Virus record (IMG/VR): IMGVR_UViG_3300031977_003074 | Span: 1 to 25,541 of that record | Length of the DNA: 25,541 bases | Reading direction: 5' to 3' (one strand) | DNA from: a virus | Taxonomy: Duplodnaviria > Caudoviricetes | Shown: one piece after another, positions 17,729-25,541 of the stretch | How positions within the stretch are numbered: position 1 is the first letter of the stretch | Layout of the letters: each line of letters begins with the position of its first letter | Notes under the pieces: generated by a model | Told to the model about the DNA's origin: nothing | The model's input: only the letters and a program-made list of their open reading frames with translations | The model's database searches: none | Made by a program: the position numbers and the translations under genes

Positions 17729-19120
17729 CTAAACGGTAATTACGATCTTGATATCTTCTTGTTGTTCTGCATCACGACGGATACGATGACGTGATTCGAT
17801 ATACAATACGTCACCCGAAGAACGGTCAATACCATTCTGAGGTTCAACAGAAACAAGTGCGACGGCAACCTGACCTTCTTGGTTGATTACCTCACCACCA
17901 GAAGTGTCGAAGTCTTTGAATCCAGTTTCTTCGTTCTGGTGGAAATATACAGTCTCACCGTCAGTTCCGTCTACCCATGCACTTGCACCAGAAGTGCTAG
18001 TGATCATGCGACCAGACTCGAATGTTGACGCAGAGGCCAGAGTCATAGTTGGTAGTACGTTTGCTGACTGTGCAGTGAATGCATCACCTGTTGGTGTTAC
18101 TGGATTGCGAATCAAACCCATCTGACGGAACTCAGTACCATCGACTAGGAAAGTGCCGTTGACATCGCCATCTGGTTTGATGTTGGTCATGATTGAACTT
18201 GTTTTCAAATCATTTATTGGGTTGTAACCTAGACCTTCCGGTGAAGTGATGACCGGAGACAATACAGCCTCAGTCGTACCGTCACCAATGATACGAACAG
18301 ATGCGTTGGTGTAACCAGAACCAAAGTCGTCCATGACAACTTTTAGTATACCGTCACCTGACATGATAGCAGTTGCCTGTGCACCAGTGCCGTCACCGTC
18401 GATAATAATAGTAGGTGCAGTTGTATAACCCTCACCTGCAACATCAACCTTCAGTGCGAGGATCTGACCACCGATTGCGTTCATCTTGACCGTGGTCTGT
18501 AGATCTTCGATTGAGTCACCTGTTGGTAGATCTGGTTCTGCTTCTTGTACAGGAATATGATTAGAAGACAGGAATTGGAAGATACGCTCTGGAGTTAGTG
18601 TGTACAGGAATTTCCACACATAACCGTCCGTAGTAGTAAATGGTTTCCACCACTCACGGACATTGTACATTGGAGCAGTTGGATCTGTCTCTGCACTCAT
18701 AGGTGCATGGAAACCCCAGTTAGGTTCGACCGTTGAGTTTATTGCATTTCCGCTCAAGTCTGTTGGTGCAACCATACAAACGTAAACTTCCTTTGCGTCG
18801 TTCATGACGTACCAAGGAGTCCACGGTTCGACGATGTCTGACGGGATGCTGTCATCCCATGCAGCGTATCGAGAACCACTTGACCAGTTTACTCTCTTCG
18901 CGACGAACGTTGCGTCTTCAATAGCCTTGATTGATTGCAGACCGTTGCGAAATTCACGTTCGACTCGTGGAGAGTCAATCGGATCAACTACTGTATCCTG
19001 AACATTGAATGGATCGGATTTGGCGATACCGATATAATATGAGTTAGTCGTTCCCTTCAAGTCCTCAAGTAGGTCTTTCGCCAAACGTCTGCTCATAGTT
19101 TGTCGTACTATAGCTGGCAT
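17729..19120 (-). CDS. gp8: Baseplate wedge subunit, T4 gp8-like
   Basis: 'YYIGIAKSDPF', 'RVNWSSGSRY', 'YVMNDAKEVYVC', 'STVEP', 'DGYVWKFLYT' and C-terminal 'SGDVLYIESR..I.R...QQEDIKIVI' motifs of marine T4-like gp8. Confidence 0.85.
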   Translation of the reverse strand: MPAIVRQTMSRRLAKDLLEDLKGTTNSYYIGIAKSDPFNVQDTVVDPIDSPRVEREFRNGLQSIKAIEDATFVAKRVNWSSGSRYAAWDDSIPSDIVEPWTPWYVMNDAKEVYVCMVAPTDLSGNAINSTVEPNWGFHAPMSAETDPTAPMYNVREWWKPFTTTDGYVWKFLYTLTPERIFQFLSSNHIPVQEAEPDLPTGDSIEDLQTTVKMNAIGGQILALKVDVAGEGYTTAPTIIIDGDGTGAQATAIMSGDGILKVVMDDFGSGYTNASVRIIGDGTTEAVLSPVITSPEGLGYNPINDLKTSSIMTNIKPDGDVNGTFLVDGTEFRQMGLIRNPVTPTGDAFTAQSANVLPTMTLASASTFESGRMITSTSGASAWVDGTDGETVYFHQNEETGFKDFDTSGGEVINQEGQVAVALVSVEPQNGIDRSSGDVLYIESRHRIRRDAEQQEDIKIVITV

Positions 19121-19151
19121 TATCTTCTTTCCTGTTAGAAATAATATTCTT

Positions 19152-19159
19152 TATTTATA
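19152..19159 (-). promoter_or_regulatory. T4-type late promoter TATAAATA upstream of gp8
   Basis: Perfect motif in the short intergenic gap. Confidence 0.8.
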
Positions 19160-19167
19160 CCGATTTG

Positions 19168-20046
19168 TCAAGAGTCTTTCAAGAAATTATTTAACCACAC
19201 TTCTTTCTGGTGATGGTTCATCAAAAGATCTTTGTAAATCACTGGAAGTTCGTAGGGGCTACTGCGCCATTCTTGTACATGAAGACGCGCTTCCTCTCGC
19301 ATTGGTTCTAGGTAATCATAGTAGTCATGCACTTTCTGTGCACTACCTTCGGTGGTCCTATCAATACAATACATGTCACTGGACATTGTCAGAAAATAAC
19401 AGAGATTACCTTTCTGGTGTTGTCCTAGTAGTTTGTACGTGTAGGCATGATCCTCACCATTACCGATGTCTTCGTTCATCTTAAACTGCGCAGACTTACG
19501 ACTCTGCAACATAATGAAGTCAATGGATACGGGACGTTCGTCGATGAAGAGGTGACTCTTCTGTGGTCCCATATTGGGATGAGGTGCAGCCATTGATGTA
19601 CCCCACACACTCGCGTGATACTCATCGTTGACCCACCAGTAATGACCTGACTCCAGTGCCCAGTTACAAATACAGTCACACGGTACCACACCCAAAACAT
19701 CAATGCATGGGAAGTGTTTGACGTGATTGTATAGAGACTGTAGATACGAGGGATACAGAAAGTCGTCACCGTCAATCTGTGAGACGAAGTCCGCATCACT
19801 CTCTAGGAATACCTCCAGACAAGCGTTCTTACCCTTGCCTGGCTTTCCGTTACTTTCTGTATTGACTACACGAAACGGTTGATCAAGTTCTAAGACCTGT
19901 TCATAGTACCCCTCACGAGTACTATTGACAACGATCACAACCTCCCACTCAACCGGAGTTATCTTAACGACTCCCTGAACAGATCGAATCAACCGCTCCA
20001 ACTTTGGGACATCGTTTGATGTCAACAGAGTTGTCATGAGTTTCAT
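19168..20046 (-). CDS. Putative GT-A (GT2-like) glycosyltransferase
   Basis: 'VVIVVNS', 'ESNGKPGKGKNACLEVF', 'SQIDGDDFLYP' (DxD) and 'GED' motifs; start overlaps the stop of the upstream oxygenase gene. Confidence 0.8.
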   Translation of the reverse strand: MKLMTTLLTSNDVPKLERLIRSVQGVVKITPVEWEVVIVVNSTREGYYEQVLELDQPFRVVNTESNGKPGKGKNACLEVFLESDADFVSQIDGDDFLYPSYLQSLYNHVKHFPCIDVLGVVPCDCICNWALESGHYWWVNDEYHASVWGTSMAAPHPNMGPQKSHLFIDERPVSIDFIMLQSRKSAQFKMNEDIGNGEDHAYTYKLLGQHQKGNLCYFLTMSSDMYCIDRTTEGSAQKVHDYYDYLEPMREEARLHVQEWRSSPYELPVIYKDLLMNHHQKEVWLNNFLKDS

Positions 20047-20600
20047 TATTCTGCCTCGAAGAAAAACGTCTGGAATAATCGACTGTCTTGTGGAGTTGTC
20101 CCGAAGCCAGGGACTACGCTTCTATGATAATACATTGAGTCGTAAATTACAAGTCTATTGTATACGTTTTTCGCTTCTGCGACGATGTCCCAATCACTCT
20201 CATCGTGTTGGTAATCATTGAAGTCTATAAATTGATCTGAGGAATGTTTCATGATTCCGGTAGGTCTATGTCGATAAATCGCGGTACCAGAATCAAGTGG
20301 AGCATTCGGAGTTAGATACAACACCGCCGCATGAGACATTTCATCGTGGTGAATCCATGTCTCTGCGGTTTCGGTCGTATATTGAAAAGACGTGTTGTAT
20401 TTGTCAATAGGAAAGTACGTGATGCGTTTTCCTATGATGTTTTCAAAACTTCTCTTAAGTCCGTCGATGTAACCACCTGCATTGGTGCATGGTGCTGTAC
20501 GTAGGCCCGGATAGTTACCTGAAACATTAAATGGTAAGGATAATGCAAAATCCCGAACTGAATCGGGATCTGCATAAAAATCATCAATAATTGTGAACAT
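20046..20600 (-). CDS. 2OG-Fe(II) oxygenase superfamily protein (DUF6445-like)
   Basis: 'IIDDFYADPD.VR', 'YPGLRT', HxD motif (WIHHD), 'AAVLYLTP...GT', 'NRLVIYDS..YH' distal His, and C-terminal 'RLFQTFF' Arg. Confidence 0.8.
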   Translation of the reverse strand: MFTIIDDFYADPDSVRDFALSLPFNVSGNYPGLRTAPCTNAGGYIDGLKRSFENIIGKRITYFPIDKYNTSFQYTTETAETWIHHDEMSHAAVLYLTPNAPLDSGTAIYRHRPTGIMKHSSDQFIDFNDYQHDESDWDIVAEAKNVYNRLVIYDSMYYHRSVVPGFGTTPQDSRLFQTFFFEAE

Positions 20601-20623
20601 TATATACCTATATTATGTAAGTG

Positions 20624-23600
20624 TTACAACTCCCCAAGTCGTACTCTTCGAGCAGCACCTTCGTAAATATCAATACGTGTAGGTGAGAACTCAATACGAT
20701 CTCCGGTATCAGCAGTATTTAGAATACCACTAAGATCGATTATACCACCAGTAGTAGAACCTGTGGTACGTGTACCAGTAGTGATCTCTTCGAACACTGC
20801 ATCCGTTGTAGTGTCGATGCGATTCTGTGTAGAACGCCAGATACGTCCAGTGTTGATGTGCCACCAAATATCACCTTCGTAAATAGTGTCCACAGTACGG
20901 AACTGTCGAATAGCAGCAGATGCAGTCGAACTAATGTTTGATGGTAAGTTGGTCGATGTGTCGAACAATACCGCGTTACCGAATCCACCAACTGGACCCT
21001 GCGCACCCGTTGTACCAGCGACACCCGTCGCACCCTGTGGACCATCTGGGCCAGGTTGTCCTTGACCACCTTGAGGGCCCGGAGAACCTTGTGGCCCGTC
21101 TGGTCCGTCCGGACCTGTTTGTCCCTGAACACCCTGTGGTCCAGTATTACCTTGGGCACCTTGAGGACCGTTATTACCTGTCTGACCTTGGATACCTTGA
21201 GGACCAGTCGAACCCTGAGCACCTTGGGGACCATTGTTACCAGTCTGCCCTTGGATACCTTGTGGTCCAGTATTACCTTGGGCACCCTGCGGTCCATTGT
21301 TACCTGTTTGGCCTTGGATACCCTGTGGTCCAGTATTACCCTGAGCACCTTGAGGACCGTTGTTTCCGGTTTGTCCCTGAATACCCTGTGGTCCGGTATT
21401 ACCCTGAGCACCCTGTGGTCCATTGTTACCAGTCTGACCTTGGATACCTTGTGGTCCGGTAGAACCCTGAGCACCCTGTGGTCCGTTATTACCAGTCTGA
21501 CCTTGGATACCCTGAACACCTTGAGCACCTTGTGCGCCTTGAGGTCCGTTATTACCAGTTTGTCCCTGCAATCCCTGTGGACCAGTCGAACCCTGAGCAC
21601 CCTGCGGTCCATTGTTACCAGTTTGTCCCTGAATACCTTGAGGACCAGTAGAACCCTGCGCTCCTTGAGGACCATTGTTACCCGTTTGACCCTGCAATCC
21701 CTGTGGACCAGTTGAACCTTGTGCCCCTTGTGGGCCATTGTTACCAGTCTGTCCCTGCAATCCTTGTGGTCCGGTAGAACCCTGAGCACCTTGAGGACCA
21801 TTGTTACCCGTTTGACCTTGGATACCTTGGGCACCAGTCGAACCTTGCGCTCCTTGTGGTCCATTGTTACCCGTTTGTCCCTGAATACCTTGAGCACCAG
21901 TTACGCCCTGCGCTCCTTGTGGTCCATTGTTACCAGTCTGACCTTGGATACCTTGAGGACCAGTAGAACCCTGCGCTCCTTGAGGACCGTTGTTTCCGGT
22001 CTGTCCCTGCAATCCTTGTGGACCAGTTGAACCTTGGGCACCTTGAGGACCGTTGTTTCCCGTCTGACCTTGTAGACCCTGAGCACCTTGTGCACCTTGT
22101 GCACCAGTAGGGCCAGGAGTACCTGTAGTACCTTGGATACCCTGAACACCTTGTGGTCCCTGCGGTCCTTCTGGTCCGTCTGGACCTTGTGGGCCAGGTT
22201 CACCTGTATTACCTTGCGGTCCCTGCGGGCCAGGAGTTGTACCCGCTGGACCTTGTGGGCCAGGTTCACCCGTATTTCCTGTTGGACCCTGTGGGCCAGG
22301 TGTCGTTCCTGCTGGACCTTGTGGGCCAGGTTCACCTGTTGCACCACTTGGACCTTCTGGTCCGGTCTGACCTTGAATACCTTGGGCACCAGTTACACCC
22401 TGAGCACCAGTAGGGCCAGGTTGTCCTTGTAGACCCTGCACACCAGTTGCACCCGTAGCACCTTGTGGACCAGCAGGGCCAGGGTTACCTTGAAAACCTT
22501 GAGCACCATCTGGTCCAATTGGTCCTTGTGGTCCTTCAGGGCCAGGATCTCCTTGCAACCCTTGGATACCCGTTGTACCTTGTGGACCCTGCGGTCCTTC
22601 TGGGCCTGGGTCTCCAGTAAGACCTTGTGCGCCTGTAGTTCCTTGTGGACCCTGCGGTCCTTCTGGGCCTGGGTCTCCAGTAAGACCTTGTGCGCCTGTA
22701 GTTCCTTGTGCACCTTGTGGTCCTTCTGGGCCTGGGTCTCCCTGCAACCCCTGAATACCTTGTGGTCCAGTAGCACCTTGTGGTCCTTCAGGGCCAGGAT
22801 CTCCCTGCAATCCTTGGATACCTTGTGGTCCAGTAGCACCCTGCGGTCCTTCTGGGCCTGGGTCTCCCTGAAGTCCAGTAATACCCTGTGGTCCAGTAGC
22901 ACCCTGCGGTCCCTCTGGGCCTGGGTCTCCCTGAAGTCCAGTAATACCTTGAGCACCCTGAGAACCTTGTGGTCCTTCAGGGCCTGGGTTACCTTGCAAT
23001 CCTTGAATCCCCTGCGAACCTTGTGCACCTTGCGCACCAACTGGGCCAGGGTTACCCTGCAATCCTTGGATACCTTGAGCACCCTGAGAACCTTGCGGTC
23101 CTTCTGGGCCTGGATTACCCTGAAGACCCTGAATACCTTGCGAACCTTGTGCTCCCTGTGGTCCCTCTGGGCCAGGATTTCCTTGAAGTCCAGTAATACC
23201 CTGAGCGCCTTGTACACCTTGAGGACCAACTGGGCCTGGGTTCCCTTGAAGACCAGGAATACCCTGAGCACCTTGGGTACCTTGAGGTCCAGTCTCGCCA
23301 GGGTTACCTTGAAGACCCTGAATACCTTGGGCACCTTGGGCACCCTGTGCACCGACTGGGCCTGGGTTACCTTGAAGACCCTGAATACCCTGAGCACCTT
23401 GGGTACCTTGAGGACCAACTGGACCACCTCCACCTTGTGGACCGACTGGACCGATAATACCTTGAGGACCAACTCCACCGTCTGGACCCTGTGGACCAAG
23501 ATTACCTTGACCACCAACCGGACCTTGTGAGCCAACAGAACCCTGTGGTCCCAAAGGGCCCTGAGCACCCTGAGAACCCGTCACACCTTGTGGGCCTGGA

Positions 23601-23965
23601 GCACCCTGAGGGCCAACACCACCAATATCCGTATTCTCAATCAGAGTATTGATGTTTTGTACTTCGGTACTTAAAGTTGATGTTGTGGTGTTTAGATTAG
23701 TGATTAATGTATCGTGTGTATCAACACGTGCGTCTAGTACATTAATATCGTTTTGGTCGGATAGATTTGCAGCATTGACTGCTTCGGTGACTGCTTGGTC
23801 AACGTAGTTAGATAGAAATTCAGCAGTAATGCCACCTTCACCTGCAATGTCAAGAAGGGCGTAGATTTCTGCGAAGTTGGCATTGATTTTTTCACTGGCT
23901 TGACGGAGCGTATCACCTGTACCGTCGTTTACTGCACCACCAGTGTTAAGAGTCTGTCGAGTCAT
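20624..23965 (-). CDS. Collagen-like tail fibre protein with a T4 gp9/gp10-type N-terminal anchor
   Basis: N-terminus '[33 protein letters not shown]'; about 880 aa of Gly-X-Y; C-terminal globular region ending [17 protein letters not shown]. Confidence 0.9.
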   Translation of the reverse strand: MTRQTLNTGGAVNDGTGDTLRQASEKINANFAEIYALLDIAGEGGITAEFLSNYVDQAVTEAVNAANLSDQNDINVLDARVDTHDTLITNLNTTTSTLSTEVQNINTLIENTDIGGVGPQGAPGPQGVTGSQGAQGPLGPQGSVGSQGPVGGQGNLGPQGPDGGVGPQGIIGPVGPQGGGGPVGPQGTQGAQGIQGLQGNPGPVGAQGAQGAQGIQGLQGNPGETGPQGTQGAQGIPGLQGNPGPVGPQGVQGAQGITGLQGNPGPEGPQGAQGSQGIQGLQGNPGPEGPQGSQGAQGIQGLQGNPGPVGAQGAQGSQGIQGLQGNPGPEGPQGSQGAQGITGLQGDPGPEGPQGATGPQGITGLQGDPGPEGPQGATGPQGIQGLQGDPGPEGPQGATGPQGIQGLQGDPGPEGPQGAQGTTGAQGLTGDPGPEGPQGPQGTTGAQGLTGDPGPEGPQGPQGTTGIQGLQGDPGPEGPQGPIGPDGAQGFQGNPGPAGPQGATGATGVQGLQGQPGPTGAQGVTGAQGIQGQTGPEGPSGATGEPGPQGPAGTTPGPQGPTGNTGEPGPQGPAGTTPGPQGPQGNTGEPGPQGPDGPEGPQGPQGVQGIQGTTGTPGPTGAQGAQGAQGLQGQTGNNGPQGAQGSTGPQGLQGQTGNNGPQGAQGSTGPQGIQGQTGNNGPQGAQGVTGAQGIQGQTGNNGPQGAQGSTGAQGIQGQTGNNGPQGAQGSTGPQGLQGQTGNNGPQGAQGSTGPQGLQGQTGNNGPQGAQGSTGPQGIQGQTGNNGPQGAQGSTGPQGLQGQTGNNGPQGAQGAQGVQGIQGQTGNNGPQGAQGSTGPQGIQGQTGNNGPQGAQGNTGPQGIQGQTGNNGPQGAQGNTGPQGIQGQTGNNGPQGAQGNTGPQGIQGQTGNNGPQGAQGSTGPQGIQGQTGNNGPQGAQGNTGPQGVQGQTGPDGPDGPQGSPGPQGGQGQPGPDGPQGATGVAGTTGAQGPVGGFGNAVLFDTSTNLPSNISSTASAAIRQFRTVDTIYEGDIWWHINTGRIWRSTQNRIDTTTDAVFEEITTGTRTTGSTTGGIIDLSGILNTADTGDRIEFSPTRIDIYEGAARRVRLGEL
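20981..23623 (-). repeat. Gly-X-Y collagen repeat (about 290 triplets) built from 21-aa/63-nt units
   Basis: Units such as [21 protein letters not shown] and [21 protein letters not shown], with two GTTP interruptions. Confidence 0.95.
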
Positions 23966-24006
23966 CTTCTGTTCTTTCTCTTATTGGGTTGAAGGGAATC
24001 TGACTC

Positions 24007-24014
24007 TATTTATA
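24007..24014 (-). promoter_or_regulatory. T4-type late promoter TATAAATA upstream of the collagen fibre gene
   Basis: Perfect motif in the intergenic gap, about 40 nt upstream of the ATG. Confidence 0.8.
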
Positions 24015-24025
24015 TGTTTTAGTTT

Positions 24026-24700
24026 CTACTTAAGACTGTAGTCAATGAATTCATCGTCAGAACCACCACCTGCGCCCTGAGATTCGGTAGGGTAGTCACC
24101 TTCTTTAGATACCTTGTAGAGTCTCTCTACGATTTGTGATGAAGGGTTCTGTTGTTCAACAAACTCTCCACGAGTGTATGTAACCGGACCATCTACAAAA
24201 GACGTAGGCCAGTCTGTACCTTCTGGAACGAATAGATCGGTGTCTGGTATGTATTGAGTACCATCCCAATATGCCTGATAGACTCTGAACGTGTATATAC
24301 CATATACCGCTGTTCGTTCTACCCAATAGAATTGTGGAGATGTTGTAGAGTATTCGAATGTGGCGGGTTGTGGTGGAGTTGCACTGTCACTGTCAGTACC
24401 ACCCCCTGCACTATCGCTATCATTTATAACACCACCCGCAGAGTCTCCTTCTGTGATGAAATAGAGAGTCGAGACTTCAGGAGTTAATGCGTCATACTCT
24501 GCCTGATTACCCGTCCACATTTTAATGTTCAGGGCGCCAGGGTTCTGGTTAAGTATCTCTGAAACACCACCAAGAGAACCACCAGAAAGTTCGACGAAGT
24601 TTTGGTTGATCTGGTCAAATGCAGATTGTAACGGATTTATCTCAGTCCCGTCAATCTGCGTGACGATCAATGCATCATCAGAATCAAGTAACTGCGCCAT
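24026..24700 (-). CDS. Small fibre-like / baseplate-associated structural protein
   Basis: 'QINQNFVEL' anchor-like motif; 'KMWTGNQAEYDAL....TLYFIT' motif common in phage minor tail and fibre proteins; G/D/S linker; beta-rich C-terminal domain. Confidence 0.65.
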   Translation of the reverse strand: MAQLLDSDDALIVTQIDGTEINPLQSAFDQINQNFVELSGGSLGGVSEILNQNPGALNIKMWTGNQAEYDALTPEVSTLYFITEGDSAGGVINDSDSAGGGTDSDSATPPQPATFEYSTTSPQFYWVERTAVYGIYTFRVYQAYWDGTQYIPDTDLFVPEGTDWPTSFVDGPVTYTRGEFVEQQNPSSQIVERLYKVSKEGDYPTESQGAGGGSDDEFIDYSLK

Positions 24701-25541
24701 TAGCCACCACCTTCACCAGCGTCTAGGGTTTCATAATCTTGTGTTAAGTCTAGCGTCCCGTCGTCTAATGTTGGTGGTTTAACACTCACCCAATCTGCGA
24801 TACTATCGTTGAAGTCATCGACGATCTGTTGTAGAGTGATGTTCTCGTACTTGTCGAGTGTCTCAAGTGAACTAATGATGATACCTTCACCAGTGTCCTT
24901 CTCTGCTTGTGTACGCGCATCCACTGGGTCATTCTCTTCCATGACAAGTAATGTGTAAGTAGACTGTAGATCATCCATAACCGCAGACGATAGAACAACT
25001 GGATAACTTGGTGGTTCTAGTGGGTCAGTAGTCTCACCCGCCATAGTATTCAGATGTGCATTACTTTCAGTCTCTACCTCAGCCGCAAGATACCAACCAG
25101 CTGGATGCAACATCTTCTTATACAGTGTCTCGTAGTCTGCAAGAGACATACCTGTTTTCAAAAGAACTGAGAAGATCTGATACTTACGATCATCCTGAAT
25201 GTACTTCAGTCTATTATTCAGATCACAGTCTTTATCATTTAACTTAAAGATGAAACGTTTAGGATAGATGACCTGCACGTCTTGATTGAAGAAGGCCTGA
25301 AAGAATTGTTCGACCGACATCTCCGTGCCTTTCGAACGATAGAACTGTGACAACAGACGCGCCATCATGCGCTTGTCTTGTACTGGGTGGAAAGAGTCAG
25401 ACTCTAGTCCGTCACTGATCTCTGCGAATAGAGAGTCCAATACTTCGAGCTCGGCAGTCGAGATATCTCGTACGTGAAATAGATTGTAAATCTGTTCTTC
25501 GAACGTAGTTGATCCATCAAGAGGTTCGACCGCATAGTACG
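24700..25541 (-). CDS. gp7: Baseplate wedge subunit, T4 gp7-like (5' end lies outside the window)
   Basis: The frame stays open from 25440 to the window edge (YYAVEPLDGSTTFEEQIYNLFHVRDISTAELEVLDSLF...). Motifs 'FYRSKGT', 'YPK' and 'IQDDRKYQIFS...LHPAGW'; lies upstream of gp8. Confidence 0.7.
   Translation of the reverse strand, partial: YYAVEPLDGSTTFEEQIYNLFHVRDISTAELEVLDSLFAEISDGLESDSFHPVQDKRMMARLLSQFYRSKGTEMSVEQFFQAFFNQDVQVIYPKRFIFKLNDKDCDLNNRLKYIQDDRKYQIFSVLLKTGMSLADYETLYKKMLHPAGWYLAAEVETESNAHLNTMAGETTDPLEPPSYPVVLSSAVMDDLQSTYTLLVMEENDPVDARTQAEKDTGEGIIISSLETLDKYENITLQQIVDDFNDSIADWVSVKPPTLDDGTLDLTQDYETLDAGEGGG

Noticed and set aside
11242-19001. Plus-strand ORFs antisense to the fibre, VrlC-like and gp8 genes
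   Set aside because: Antisense shadows; all promoters and gene overlaps point to minus-strand expression.
20740-23568. Long alternative-frame and antisense ORFs (385, 391, 355, 219 aa) over the collagen gene
   Set aside because: Shadow frames of the Gly-X-Y codon repeat, which rarely generates stops; low-complexity translations.
25438-25440. TTG start for the gp7-like ORF as given in the ORF track
   Set aside because: The frame stays open to the window edge with plausible protein sequence, so the real start probably lies outside the window.

Overview
A 25.5 kb piece of the virion structural (baseplate and tail-fibre) module of a T4-like myovirus, most similar in organisation to marine T4-like phages. 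Host unknown. All credible genes are on the minus strand, with four perfect T4 late-promoter motifs (TATAAATA) in intergenic gaps. Transcription order: gp7-like baseplate wedge (partial), small fibre-like protein, collagen fibre, 2OG-Fe(II) oxygenase, glycosyltransferase, gp8 wedge, VrlC/DUF4815-like protein, small coiled-coil protein, coiled-coil fibre with a gpJ-like end, paralogous glycosyltransferase, two 'MADYGL' proteins, tail fibre chaperone, a 2282-aa tetrapeptide-repeat protein, a hypothetical protein, a third glycosyltransferase, and a partial ORF. The most striking element is the 2282-aa protein. Its 2000-residue repeat insert behaves like a protein-level 'reverse complement': tetrapeptides counted inward from the two ends match by a consistent code (R-x-S/T-x opposite F-x-G-N/E/Q), and the exact midpoint falls on a unique WLY-GE-LYF segment. 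This suggests one giant antiparallel beta-hairpin filament. Second, each of the three large fibre-like genes is followed by its own glycosyltransferase (the collagen gene also by an oxygenase), suggesting a phage-encoded fibre modification system. Family names come from motif recognition by eye; no searches were run.
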